Part shown: in pieces, positions 27,255 through 37,200 of the stretch | Layout of the letters: each line of letters starts with the position of its first letter | How positions within the stretch are numbered: position 1 is the stretch's first letter | Virus record (IMG/VR): IMGVR_UViG_3300042922_001182 | Span: 124,001-188,000 of that record | Direction: 5' to 3' (one strand) | Length of the DNA stretch: 64,000 bases | Program-made: the position numbers and the translations under genes | Notes under the pieces: generated by a model | What the model saw: the letters and a program-made list of their open reading frames with translations, nothing else | What the model was told of the DNA's origin: nothing | Database searches by the model: none

Positions 27255-28447
27255 GTTGAGAGAACGGTCTCCCTGCACTTCCGAAGCGCGTAGATCGCGC
27301 AGGGAACCAGCGTGAAGGCCGTGGCATCGGCCAGCATGAACGCCGAGTCGATCCTGTCCAACAGGGCCTCCGAAGGGGTGTTGACCCCCGAGATGTACCC
27401 CGCGATCAGGTCCACGATTGGCCCCCACATGGGGTCGTCGGACTGCGCCTGGACGCCCTGCACCACGGATAGGAGGTCCGCGTGGATCGGATCGCCATCG
27501 TCGGCGTACACCGGGAGGTGGAACGGCTCCCAGTGACCACTGAACGGGAGGTCGTCCCCGGAGAGGGCGAAGACCCCGTCGTAGCGGTCCTTGGAGAGGA
27601 CCTCCGGCTTCCTGGTCCTAACGGCGTGGAAAACCGTCCCGATGTACTGGCTGATGGCGGCCAGGTTCCACTCCAGGCTGTCCTCGACCACCACGGAAGA
27701 GAGGACGGTCCCCGGGACGTAGAGGGTGTTGGTCTCCTGGATGAAGCGCACGACCATCTGATCGTAGATCAGCTTGCCCTCGCTCCTGACGGACACGATG
27801 CTACCGAACAGCTTGTTGCGGAAGCTATCGATGTAGAAGGAGGTGAGGCCGTCGGCCAGCTCCTTCATGTACTCCGCGAGGAGGAGGCCGCTCCTCTGGA
27901 CGACGAGGGGCTTGTCGTCCACTCCCCCGGTGTTGGCCGACACCACGAGGTCCCTCTCCACCTGCTCCTCGATGAGCGGGACGCTCTCCCTGGAGAGGAA
28001 GAACTCGATCCGGTAGAACTTCTTACCGTGGATGGTGTCGGGCGTGACTCCTTTGACCCTCATGAGATAGGTTGTCCCGGAGAAGGTCATCGAGAAGTAA
28101 TCGTCCACCAAGGGGCGGATGACGTCCGGGATGACGACCGCGTCCCCGCTGTAGTCGGTCGAGAGGCCGAACTGGTCGGACTCCACCGCCGCCTGAAGGG
28201 CCTGGAGGTCGTACAGCGCCAGGCCGTCCACGCGGTCGTAACGCAACGGGGACTCCGCACCGACCGTCTGGGTGACCGCATCCAGGATTACGTCCTCGGT
28301 AGAGGCCAGCCTGTTGCGGCTGTAGTAGGTCACGTAGACCGGGGTTCCCTCGAACATGGTCGAGTACTTCGAGACTACCTTGTCGCGGTACTCCTCGATG
28401 TTCTTGACGAGCAGGTCCCTGCTAGCGACACGGGTGATCCTTGCCAT
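27245..28447 (-). CDS. virion structural protein, putative neck/head-closure protein
   Basis: VYVTYY...SPLRYDRV...GDAVVIPDVIRPLVDDYF pattern recalled from jumbo-phage neck-like proteins; RBS GGAGGG. Confidence 0.55.
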   Translation of the reverse strand: MARITRVASRDLLVKNIEEYRDKVVSKYSTMFEGTPVYVTYYSRNRLASTEDVILDAVTQTVGAESPLRYDRVDGLALYDLQALQAAVESDQFGLSTDYSGDAVVIPDVIRPLVDDYFSMTFSGTTYLMRVKGVTPDTIHGKKFYRIEFFLSRESVPLIEEQVERDLVVSANTGGVDDKPLVVQRSGLLLAEYMKELADGLTSFYIDSFRNKLFGSIVSVRSEGKLIYDQMVVRFIQETNTLYVPGTVLSSVVVEDSLEWNLAAISQYIGTVFHAVRTRKPEVLSKDRYDGVFALSGDDLPFSGHWEPFHLPVYADDGDPIHADLLSVVQGVQAQSDDPMWGPIVDLIAGYISGVNTPSEALLDRIDSAFMLADATAFTLVPCAIYALRKCRETVLSTTK

Positions 28448-28495
28448 GTTTCCCTCCAATGTGGAGGGGAGGGCGGTTAGGCCCTCCCCCTGGCT

Positions 28496-31400
28496 CTAGC
28501 CGTTGAGGTAATCCTCAACGACCTTCCTTTTCAGCTCGACCAATATCTTGTTAAGGAAGAGCTTGTTGTACACATCCGTCGTCATACGCGAGACGATGGA
28601 GAGCGGTGATACGACCGCGTCGACCGATAGGTCGGGTCTGCCCTCCGAGTAGGGCTCCTGGCCGTTCGGAGTCACCTCCGCCACGATGGTCTTGAGGGCC
28701 GTGTCGAACGTGATCTTATCGCCCACGCCGAGCTTGTCCTTGTACCGCACGTAGAACTCGATCAGCACGCCGTCGAAGTCCACGCCGCCCACCTTGGCCT
28801 CCGGGGGGAGCTTCTGGACGGGCACCGGGGAGATGGCGCTCGGGGTCTGCGTATCCGTCCTGACCTTCTTGATCTTGCCCTGCCTCGTGCTGACTGAGGC
28901 GATGTAGCCCTTCACCAGCTTCTGCAGGGAGGGCGAGAGCTCCTCCAGGTCGCGGTTGTAGTAGACCTTGATGTCCACGATGTCGCCGGTGTACTTCGAG
29001 GCGATCGTGTTCTTGCCCAGCTCGTCCAGGATCTCCTCGAACTCTTCGCCGATCTTGCCGAGGAGGGCGTTGACCTCCTTGTCGTCGAACGACGTGTCGA
29101 ACTGGATGAGGGCCTCGCCGGTCTTGACCTTCTGGCCCTTCTTGGCCACCTTGAGCACGTTCGAGTTGGGGCCGATGGGCACGGCCTTCCTCATGGTGAT
29201 CATGGAGGACATGTCCTCCCGGAGGGCCATCGTCACCAGGGACGAGTCCTCGTAGGTGAACCAGCCGCTCGTGATCGCCACCCTGGTCAGCCTACCGCTG
29301 GTCAGGATGTGGTCGCCAGCGTCGTCGGGGGTGAAGTACTGGGGGTTGGCCGCGAGGACCTGGCCCTTGGTGAACTTCGCGCCCTTCTTCAGGTCGGTCT
29401 TCTTGCTGTTGGAGATGTAGAAGCCACCGGCGCTGTTCTTGGCGACGCTCTCCGAGAGGTCCACGACATCCTTCACGCCATCCTTGTAGCGGATGACCAT
29501 GATCTCGTTCTTCTCGTCGATCTCCTCCACGACGCCGTCCGCCGCAGCCTTGAACGCGAAGTCGGAGCCGACGATGTGCGCCAGGGCCTTCTCCATGCCG
29601 TTGCCGATCAGCGGCCGGTGCTGCTTGGTGATCGGGATGATGTGCTTGGACTGGGTCACCTGCATGCCGATACGCGGGGGATCGGCGTGCTGGCTGGTGA
29701 AGGGGGATAGCGCCTCCGAGGGGGAGAGCATGCCCATGGCGCTGATGGTCTCCGGGCTCATCGAGGCCAGGAAGCCACGGTTGTTCATGATCTTGGGGTT
29801 GAAGGTGAGCTGCCTCACCACGCCGACCGAGGCGCTGTCCGGGGTGTTCAGCGCAAGCAGGCCGATCATGGACTTGTCGTAGGCCCTCATCTCCCGGCTG
29901 TAGGCGTTGTCGTCGTTGATGCCGTTGGGGCCCTTGGCCGAGATCGAGCCCATCTTCTCGGCCTCAAGGACCGGGCTGAGGATCGAGTACTCGTCCAGGT
30001 TGGGGGTCTCCAGGAGGTTGCGGATGACCTCCTCCCTCGGGGCGGTGATCTTCACGGGCCTCCCGGCTCGGCTACTGTCCCTGTAGGCCTTGTAGGCCTT
30101 CGAGAAGGACTCGTAGACCAGGGAGGCGATGATCTCGCCGCCACGAACGCGGTAGTTGGTGACGTCGTTGGGCCTGGTGTGGCCGGAGGTCTCCAGCATC
30201 GTGTTGCAGTGGAGCAGCAGGCCGAGGAAGTCGTCCGGCAGCTTCATCTCGTCGAGGATGTCCCTGGTGATGGGGTCGATGAGGAGGGACGCCGTGTTCA
30301 GGATGCCCTTGGCGACGGCCCTGGACCCGGTCATGCCCTCCAGAGCCTCGACGTAGGCCTCGGGCTTCTCGAAGTCCTCGAAGGGGCGGTTAGCCGAGAA
30401 GGAGTTGAGGCCGTTGAGGAGCAGGGTGTAGCGGATGGGGTGCGCCGGGTAGTACAGGTAGCCGTCCTCGAACCTGACGACGTTCAGCCTGCGCTTCTCG
30501 TCGGGGCTCAGGTTGCGCCTGGTGGGGCTGAACTCGTAGTCGACCTTGTAGCGGTCGAGGACCGACTTGAGTCCGTACCGTAGGCCAAGCACCACGATCA
30601 GGGGTATGCGACGGCCGACAATGGTGACTCGGCTGTAGGCGTAGCTGGTACCGGCCGTCTGGGAGTAGACGGAGGCGACGACCTTGGGGTCGATGATCGC
30701 CAGCTCGTCCACCAGCATCGAGGAGATGCTGTCGGCGTAGTGGGCGCTGTGGCTGTCGTTCTTCCTGTAGACTCGCTTGAGGACTACGCCGCTCTCCCTG
30801 AGTACGGTGAAGAACACCTTCTCCGTCTTCGAGTAGCCGATGACGAACTCGTCCCAGTCCTCCAGGTTGAGGGACTGACCCGTGATGGACTCGACCTCCT
30901 TCTGGATGGCGTTGCGGTCGAAGGAGATCTTGATCTTATCGGTCTCGATCTCCATGAGGTCCTTGGAGAGCTCGTCGAACTCCACGCTGCTGGTGAGGCC
31001 ACGGTTGGAGACGCGGTTGTCCCCGAACTTGACCTTGAGCTTCCGCCCCAGGTCCTTGGCGTCGTCGGACTGGAGGTACTTCCGAAGCTGCACGGCGTGA
31101 CGGCTGGTCTTCTGGCCCTGGCGGGTGACGAAGAGGCGGTTGTAGTTGGTGGTCACCTTGACCTCGCCCTCGCCCACCTTGACGACGGGGAGGGGGATGA
31201 GCTGCTTCACGATCTGCTTCTTGCTTCCGTTGATGTGGACGAAGTTGCCGTCGATCACCTTCGGGACGTCGACCTTGAAGGTGTGCTTGGAGTTCTTGGA
31301 GTCGACGATCTCGAAGGTCAGCGTCTCCTTGATGGTCATCTCGTCGCTGGTGTCCTCCCTGTCGATCTTCTGGACGAAGACCGGCAGCTCCGGGTCCCCG

Positions 31401-32647
31401 GAGAAGGAGCTGCCGATGGCCGCCAGGTCCTTGTCGTACTGGAGCTTGTGGTAGCTCCTGTCGAAGTCCTTCAGCTTGGAGATCTTCGCGCTCTTGTTTA
31501 GAGTGGTGATCGGGATCTCCTCGACCTCGACCGCCTTGGAGCGGAAGTCCGACAGGATGTCGGAGAGCTTCAGGTTGCCGACCTTGGTGTCACCCTGCTT
31601 CAGCCTGAGCTGCTCGGTCTTACCGGCCTCCAGCTCCGCCTTCTTGGCCGAGGCAGAGTCCTCGGCGACCTTTGCAAGGTACTTGAGGAACTCCTCGTCA
31701 CCGTCCAGCTCCTCGGTGACCCTCTCCTCGGTGGCGCCGTCCCCCGCCTTCTCGGCGGCGTCCTCCACCATGTCGCGGATGCGGTCGGCGCTGTCGAGCT
31801 CTTCGCCGGTGAGGGCGTGGACCTTGGGGGTGAGGTTCAGGGCAGAGAGGATGCGGTCCGCGACCGCAGAGGCCACCGTCTTCGCGACCGTGGGGGCTGC
31901 CGCCCCAGTGGCGACGTCCAGGGCGGCCTCCCTCTCCTCGACGCCCATCTTGGCGTTCGGGTCGGAAGACTTGACGAACGAGGAGAGCTTGGAGGACAGC
32001 CTGGCGAGGTCCAGACCTTCGCCCGTCTCGAACAGGAAGAAGTCGCCCCTGGCGGGGCTGTACATGACGACCTTCATCCCCCGGAGCCTGTCCTGGAGGA
32101 ACTTCCCTCGGCACGCAACGAAGATGGCCTGCATGGCGCTACTGACCTCGTTGAGCTCCAGGGCCTTCTCGGCCCCAGCGGGGAAGTCGCAGTTGACCAC
32201 CAGGATGCGGTTCGACGCGTCGTACCTGGAGGCGATCTCCTCGATCAGGTCGAACAGGGCCGACGCCTTCGCCTTGACTGGGAGCCTCACCCGGTCGAAG
32301 AAGGTGTCCAGCTCGGCGTCCGTCGAGTAGACCAGGTTCAGGCCGCCGTAGGAACCGGTTGTCTGCATGGTCCTGACGGCCCCCGCCCTCTCCTTCAGCT
32401 CCTTGTAGTACGCCTGCTGGTTGACGCGCTTCCTGACCTCGGCGACGCCACCGGCCTTGATGCGGACCTCCCTGGGGTGGAAGACGCTCCGGAGGGCCCC
32501 CGGCTCGAACAGCCCGGACGTCACCAAGGCCCCTGCCTCGATGCCAAGGGGGATAACCATGTTGCCAGAACGCTTATCTTTCGTTGTGAATGACAGAGCG
32601 GCTCCAACGTAAGTCCGGAGCGGCACTACCTTATCAAGCTTAATCAA
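28496..32647 (-). CDS. rpoB: multisubunit RNA polymerase beta subunit, single 1383-aa chain (probably virion RNAP)
   Basis: GNFVHINGSKKQIVKQL, NTPDSASVGVV, HADPPRIGMQVTQSKH, TYEDS, GDKI...KTIV, VSPLSIVSRM; TTG start with AGGAGG; late promoter. Confidence 0.92.
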   Translation of the reverse strand: MIKLDKVVPLRTYVGAALSFTTKDKRSGNMVIPLGIEAGALVTSGLFEPGALRSVFHPREVRIKAGGVAEVRKRVNQQAYYKELKERAGAVRTMQTTGSYGGLNLVYSTDAELDTFFDRVRLPVKAKASALFDLIEEIASRYDASNRILVVNCDFPAGAEKALELNEVSSAMQAIFVACRGKFLQDRLRGMKVVMYSPARGDFFLFETGEGLDLARLSSKLSSFVKSSDPNAKMGVEEREAALDVATGAAAPTVAKTVASAVADRILSALNLTPKVHALTGEELDSADRIRDMVEDAAEKAGDGATEERVTEELDGDEEFLKYLAKVAEDSASAKKAELEAGKTEQLRLKQGDTKVGNLKLSDILSDFRSKAVEVEEIPITTLNKSAKISKLKDFDRSYHKLQYDKDLAAIGSSFSGDPELPVFVQKIDREDTSDEMTIKETLTFEIVDSKNSKHTFKVDVPKVIDGNFVHINGSKKQIVKQLIPLPVVKVGEGEVKVTTNYNRLFVTRQGQKTSRHAVQLRKYLQSDDAKDLGRKLKVKFGDNRVSNRGLTSSVEFDELSKDLMEIETDKIKISFDRNAIQKEVESITGQSLNLEDWDEFVIGYSKTEKVFFTVLRESGVVLKRVYRKNDSHSAHYADSISSMLVDELAIIDPKVVASVYSQTAGTSYAYSRVTIVGRRIPLIVVLGLRYGLKSVLDRYKVDYEFSPTRRNLSPDEKRRLNVVRFEDGYLYYPAHPIRYTLLLNGLNSFSANRPFEDFEKPEAYVEALEGMTGSRAVAKGILNTASLLIDPITRDILDEMKLPDDFLGLLLHCNTMLETSGHTRPNDVTNYRVRGGEIIASLVYESFSKAYKAYRDSSRAGRPVKITAPREEVIRNLLETPNLDEYSILSPVLEAEKMGSISAKGPNGINDDNAYSREMRAYDKSMIGLLALNTPDSASVGVVRQLTFNPKIMNNRGFLASMSPETISAMGMLSPSEALSPFTSQHADPPRIGMQVTQSKHIIPITKQHRPLIGNGMEKALAHIVGSDFAFKAAADGVVEEIDEKNEIMVIRYKDGVKDVVDLSESVAKNSAGGFYISNSKKTDLKKGAKFTKGQVLAANPQYFTPDDAGDHILTSGRLTRVAITSGWFTYEDSSLVTMALREDMSSMITMRKAVPIGPNSNVLKVAKKGQKVKTGEALIQFDTSFDDKEVNALLGKIGEEFEEILDELGKNTIASKYTGDIVDIKVYYNRDLEELSPSLQKLVKGYIASVSTRQGKIKKVRTDTQTPSAISPVPVQKLPPEAKVGGVDFDGVLIEFYVRYKDKLGVGDKITFDTALKTIVAEVTPNGQEPYSEGRPDLSVDAVVSPLSIVSRMTTDVYNKLFLNKILVELKRKVVEDYLNG

Positions 32648-32681
32648 TTATCGGTCCTCCTGATTGAGTGGCCTTTTCGCA

Positions 32682-32693
32682 TATGGGTTTGTT
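32682..32693 (-). promoter_or_regulatory. late-type promoter AACA-N6-TA
   Basis: Minus strand AACA AACCCA TA upstream of the beta gene. Confidence 0.75.
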
Positions 32694-32845
32694 CATCCTG
32701 AGGTCTCCCAGCCCGAGGCGGGGCCATCCCAGCAGCCCGTCCCCCGGGGCCATGCGGGGCGTGCAACCCCCGGCCCCTATAATATAAGGAATGGGGGCCG
32801 GAGCAACCTAGCCTTAAGGGATAAAACACCACGCAAAAATCAAAC

Positions 32846-32854
32846 ACATATTAT
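32846..32854 (+). promoter_or_regulatory. early-type promoter motif ACATATTAT
   Basis: AT-rich intergenic region upstream of the HU/H1-like gene. Confidence 0.6.
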
Positions 32855-32970
32855 GATGGCGAGTTCAAGGTTTCAAACTTCGAGCTCCAGGGTATAATGG
32901 TGCTGAGGGCTAGCACATAACGCACCAATGATAACTACCACATAGAGTTTAGGCGTTTAATGAGCAGCCC

Positions 32971-32982
32971 AACATCCCACTA
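32971..32982 (+). promoter_or_regulatory. late-type promoter AACA-N6-TA
   Basis: AACA TCCCAC TA upstream of 33056. Confidence 0.65.
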
Positions 32983-33055
32983 ACCCCGGAAGCGAGAAAG
33001 CGAACCGGGACTGGTTACACGCGTGTTAAGACCAAATAGAAAGAGGAACGAAACC

Positions 33056-34018
33056 ATGAAGAAGCTTCCGCCTAAGAAGCCCGGCGCCCCCACCACCGCT
33101 CCCGCTGCTGCGCCCGCCGCTGCCGCTCCCGCTGCCCCGAAGGCCGCCCCCAAGGTCGCTCCTGCGGCCAACGCTGCCCCGAAGGCCGCTCCGACCGCCC
33201 CCAAGGCCGCGCCCGCCGCTGCCCCGAAGGCCGCCCCCGCTGCTGCCCCCAAGGCCGGTCCCGCTGTTGGTAGCGCGGCTCCCAAGGCCGCTCCCGCCGC
33301 TGCGCCCGCTGCCGCCCCCAAGGCCGGTCCCCGCATCGGTTCGGCTGCCAAGGCGGCTCCCAAGGCGGCTCCCAAGGCCGCTGCTCCGGCGAAGCGCATC
33401 ATCATCGGTGGCAAGAAGCCGCCCTCGACGGTGTTCGCCATCAACGAGGGTGGCCGCACGACCCGCGACTCCTTCGACCACCTGGTCCAGGACGCGCTGT
33501 CGCGCTACGGCATCGACGTGCCGGTGAAGGTCGCCAGCGACATCACCCTGGCGGTCGAGGAGACCCTCCAGGAGGTCACCTCGAAGTCGTCGTTCAAGTA
33601 CGCCGGTGCGATGTTCCGCCTCCGCAAGAACTCGGGCCGCATGTACGACCCCCCGAAGGGCGCCCTGGCGACCCTCGTGCTGGAGCACGACAAGGTCAAG
33701 TACGAGCGCTACGCCTCCGACCGTCCTGTGTTCCAGGGCTACGTCACCGGCGACAACAACGAGTACTTCCAGTCGGTGGAGCTGCACACCGAGGGCGAGC
33801 TGAAGGGCAAGCCCATGACGGACGCGCAGAACAACTACATCCTGGGTCCCATCTTCACCCTGGCCGAGGTGCTGGCTCCCGTGGAGCAGACCGAGGCCGG
33901 TGAGCAGGGCGAGGCCGAGGAGGGCGGCGAGCCCGAGGAGACCGGCGAGGGCGGCGAGCCCGGCGAGGTCGAGGAGGGCGGCGAGCCCGGCGAGGGCGAG
34001 GAGCCCGCTGCCGAGTAG
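33056..34018 (+). CDS. histone-like DNA-binding protein: AAPK-repeat basic N-tail, HU/IHF-like core, acidic C-tail
   Basis: (AAPK)n repeats; core TRDSFDHLVQDAL...VEETLQEV...FKYAGAMFRLRKNSGRMYDP resembles the HU helices and beta-arm; GEPGE/EEGGE tail; RBS GAGGA. Confidence 0.6.
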   Translation: MKKLPPKKPGAPTTAPAAAPAAAAPAAPKAAPKVAPAANAAPKAAPTAPKAAPAAAPKAAPAAAPKAGPAVGSAAPKAAPAAAPAAAPKAGPRIGSAAKAAPKAAPKAAAPAKRIIIGGKKPPSTVFAINEGGRTTRDSFDHLVQDALSRYGIDVPVKVASDITLAVEETLQEVTSKSSFKYAGAMFRLRKNSGRMYDPPKGALATLVLEHDKVKYERYASDRPVFQGYVTGDNNEYFQSVELHTEGELKGKPMTDAQNNYILGPIFTLAEVLAPVEQTEAGEQGEAEEGGEPEETGEGGEPGEVEEGGEPGEGEEPAAE

Positions 34019-34046
34019 CCACCAGCTACACAGTCGGACACACTTA

Positions 34047-34094
34047 GAGGGGTACCCGGAGAGATCCGGGTACCCCTCTTCCTTTTCTTTTTTT
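34047..34094 (+). terminator. intrinsic terminator
   Basis: AGAGGGGTACCCGG-loop-CCGGGTACCCCTCT plus T-rich tail. Confidence 0.85.
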
Positions 34095-34169
34095 ACCCCC
34101 GAGACGTGTCTCGATCTTTGTGGCGACTCCCTTCACCGGGGGTCGCCACGCGTCGCTTCCCGAGTGACA

Positions 34170-34181
34170 AACAAACGATTA
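34170..34181 (+). promoter_or_regulatory. late-type promoter AACA-N6-TA
   Basis: AACA AACGAT TA upstream of the tape-measure gene. Confidence 0.75.
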
Positions 34182-34222
34182 GCAACCGGCTTTGAGGCGA
34201 CGCCTTACAAGAGGGGATCTCT

Positions 34223-37200
34223 ATGATAAACATCCAGACCTACCTGAGGAATATGGGCGCCTCGTCCCTTCTCTCTCTGAGAGACGTGGGCAAGGGCCTG
34301 TTTCCCACTCTGTCGGAGAACATCGACCGCAATAGCGATGTTATCGAACAGGCTTTCCAGCTCGTGCAAGACACCCGAAAGATCCGCACCTCTGCGGGCC
34401 GGATGTTCGACCGCGAGGAGATCAAGCTTGCCAAGACCGGCTTCAAGAACGCGATCGCGGACCTGAAGAGCGGCAACCTCTACAACGAGGAGCGCATGGA
34501 GGCGGACGCCGGTGACTTCGGCGGCGACGGCGGGTTCGACGAGTCGGCCTTCGGCGGGTTCGACGAGTCGGCCTTCAGCGGCGACGCCTCCGATGGAGGG
34601 GCCACCGCCGAGGAGTCGTCCAGCGAGGGAAGCGCCATCGACCTCGACAAGCTCAAGGACTCGCAGGGACAGAGCCTTGAGGTCAGCGCCGTCACCAACA
34701 ACTACAGGCGCACCGTCAACGTCCTGAACCGTGGCTCCAACGGCAGGGTCTCCGACCCCATGATGCAAAAGCTGACGACGGCGACGAACGCCAGGCTCGG
34801 CCAGATGCTCATGACGAGCGTGGCCGTGTCGCAGCACCAGATCCACGCGTTGCAGTCCATCGACGGCAACCTCAACAAGATGCAGGAGTTCAACCTCAAG
34901 CACACAACGGAGTTCCACAAGCGCTCCATCGACTTCTACAACATCGCCACCGTCGCCGCCACCGCCACCCAGGCGGCGGTCGAGGACATCGCGCAGCGCT
35001 CCAGGGAGCAGGCCGAGAGGAACGAGAAGTTCTTCAACCCCAGGAAGAAGGAGAGCCAGCTGGAGAGCGTGTACGGAAGCGATGGTAGCTTCGACTTCGC
35101 CGCCTACCACAAGCTCCTCCTCCGGAAGTTCGACGACGACTACGGCATGTTCGGCAACGCCCTCGGGGACATGGTGAAGGAGTTCATCTCCAGCCCGTTG
35201 TCCAGCGCCATGACGTCCGCCATCGAGAGCTCCATCCCCGCCGCCTTCCGCAAGGCGGCGTCGGAGTTCGACGAGGTGATCGCGGGTATCCCCGCCGCCA
35301 TCCTCACCCAGATGAACGCGTGGGCCGACGACTTCGATAGCCCGTTCCTGCAGAAGATCGGTCAGTTCTTCGGCATGAAGGTCGGCAACAAGAACAACGT
35401 CAACCTCTCCTCCTACGAGAAGGGGGAGGTGCCCTTCGACGGCATGACCCGTAAGTCCATCGTCGAGGTCATCCCTTCCCTTCTCGCCAAGATCCTGGCC
35501 GCCGTTAAGGGCGAGGGCCGGGGCAAGGAGCTCATCTACGACTACGACGCCGGTAGGTTCAACACCCGTGGCGCCGTGGAGCGGGAGTTCGAGGACGGCA
35601 AGCGGACGGCCAGGCTCGACAGCATGGACGGAAGCAAGTCGAAGCTCATCGAGGGCTTCAACAGGGCCAACCCAAACGCCACCAGCGAGCAGGCTACCAT
35701 CGCTCAGGGGGAAATCGAGAACGCCCTCAACGCCCTCTCCAAGCGTCAGCACATCATCAAGACCAGTGGCAAATTCTCCATGGAGGAGCACCTGAAGGCA
35801 GAGGGCATCGGCGAGCAGACTGTGAACTTCATGAAGGAAGCCTACAGTCAGATGAGCCCCACGGAGAAGCACACTCTCCACAAGGAGATCATCGCCAGCG
35901 GCATCAGCATGGACAACTACGTCAATATGCGCCAGGCCAGCCTGGACGACTCCATCAGGGCAGCCTCCAACGACAAGCTGATCCGCAGGCAGGTCACTCA
36001 GATCCCAGGTACTACAGGCGGCCATACGGGGGGCCACGGTGGACCCGGTGGTGGCCCTGGTACGCCAGGTGGAGGACCCCTCCCCGGGGGCCCCACTCTG
36101 GGGCACGAGCGCCCGGAGACCGCCGCCATCGTCGGCGGGCAGATGCCATCTCACCATGTCAACATGCGCGGCGGCGACATCCCGGAGGAGGCGTTCCAGT
36201 ACGCCGACGGCTTCATGGGGACCCTCCAGAAGATCTACCGGACTCCCTTCGACCTGGCCGCCAAGGCCATGCGCGGGGCGAACGTCAAGATCGCGGAGTT
36301 CTTCTTCGGCCACCAGGAAAACCCTCAGGGTTTCCTTGAGACCATGAAGCTGAAGCTCTTCGGCAGCGAGGCTCTGGGCACAAAGGGGATCGTCGGCGAC
36401 CTGAAGCAAAGCCTGAACGACAAGGTCGTCGATCCGCTCAAGCGCTTCCTCATCGGAGAGCGAGACGAGAACGGCATGCTCAAGGGGCCACCCGGCTTCC
36501 TGGACCAGACACAAGCGTTCTTCACGGACAAGCTCTTCAATCCGACCAAGGAGTTCCTCTTCGGACAGGGGAGCACGGACGCGGACGGCAACACCGTCGG
36601 CAAGGGAATCCTCAACTCCCTGTGGGACGGCCTCAAGCTCCACTCGCTCCGCTTCAAGGACTACCTCTTCCGCGAGGAGGAGATGATGGGCGAGGACGGC
36701 CAGATGCTCAAGAAGGGGATCCTGAAGAGCTTCTGGGAGGGCATGAAGGTCTCCGGCCTCAAGCTCAACGACTGGCTCTTCGGACCTCCTACGATGGCCA
36801 TGGACGAGAACGGCAAGACCTTCATCAAGAAGGGCGTGCTGCGCTCCTTCTGGGACGGCACGAAGCAGGCCACCGAGCAGCTCAACAAGTACCTCTTCGG
36901 CTCGGCAGACCTCGTCAAGGATGAAGCCAGCGGCAAGTTCGTCTGGAAGAAGGGCATCCTCCGCGCCCTCTGGGAGGACAAGATCGTCCCGGGCTGGAAC
37001 AACTTCGGCAACTACCTGTTCGGCACCAACCGCGAGGTCACCGGCCCCGACGGCGTCAAGTACATGGCGAAGGGCATCCTTCGCGGCCTCTGGGAGGACA
37101 AGATCGTCCCGGGTTGGAACAGGGTCAACGGCTACCTGTTCGGCACCAGGACCGTCACCGACGAGAACGGCAACGATGTGGAGAAGGACGGCCTGATGCG

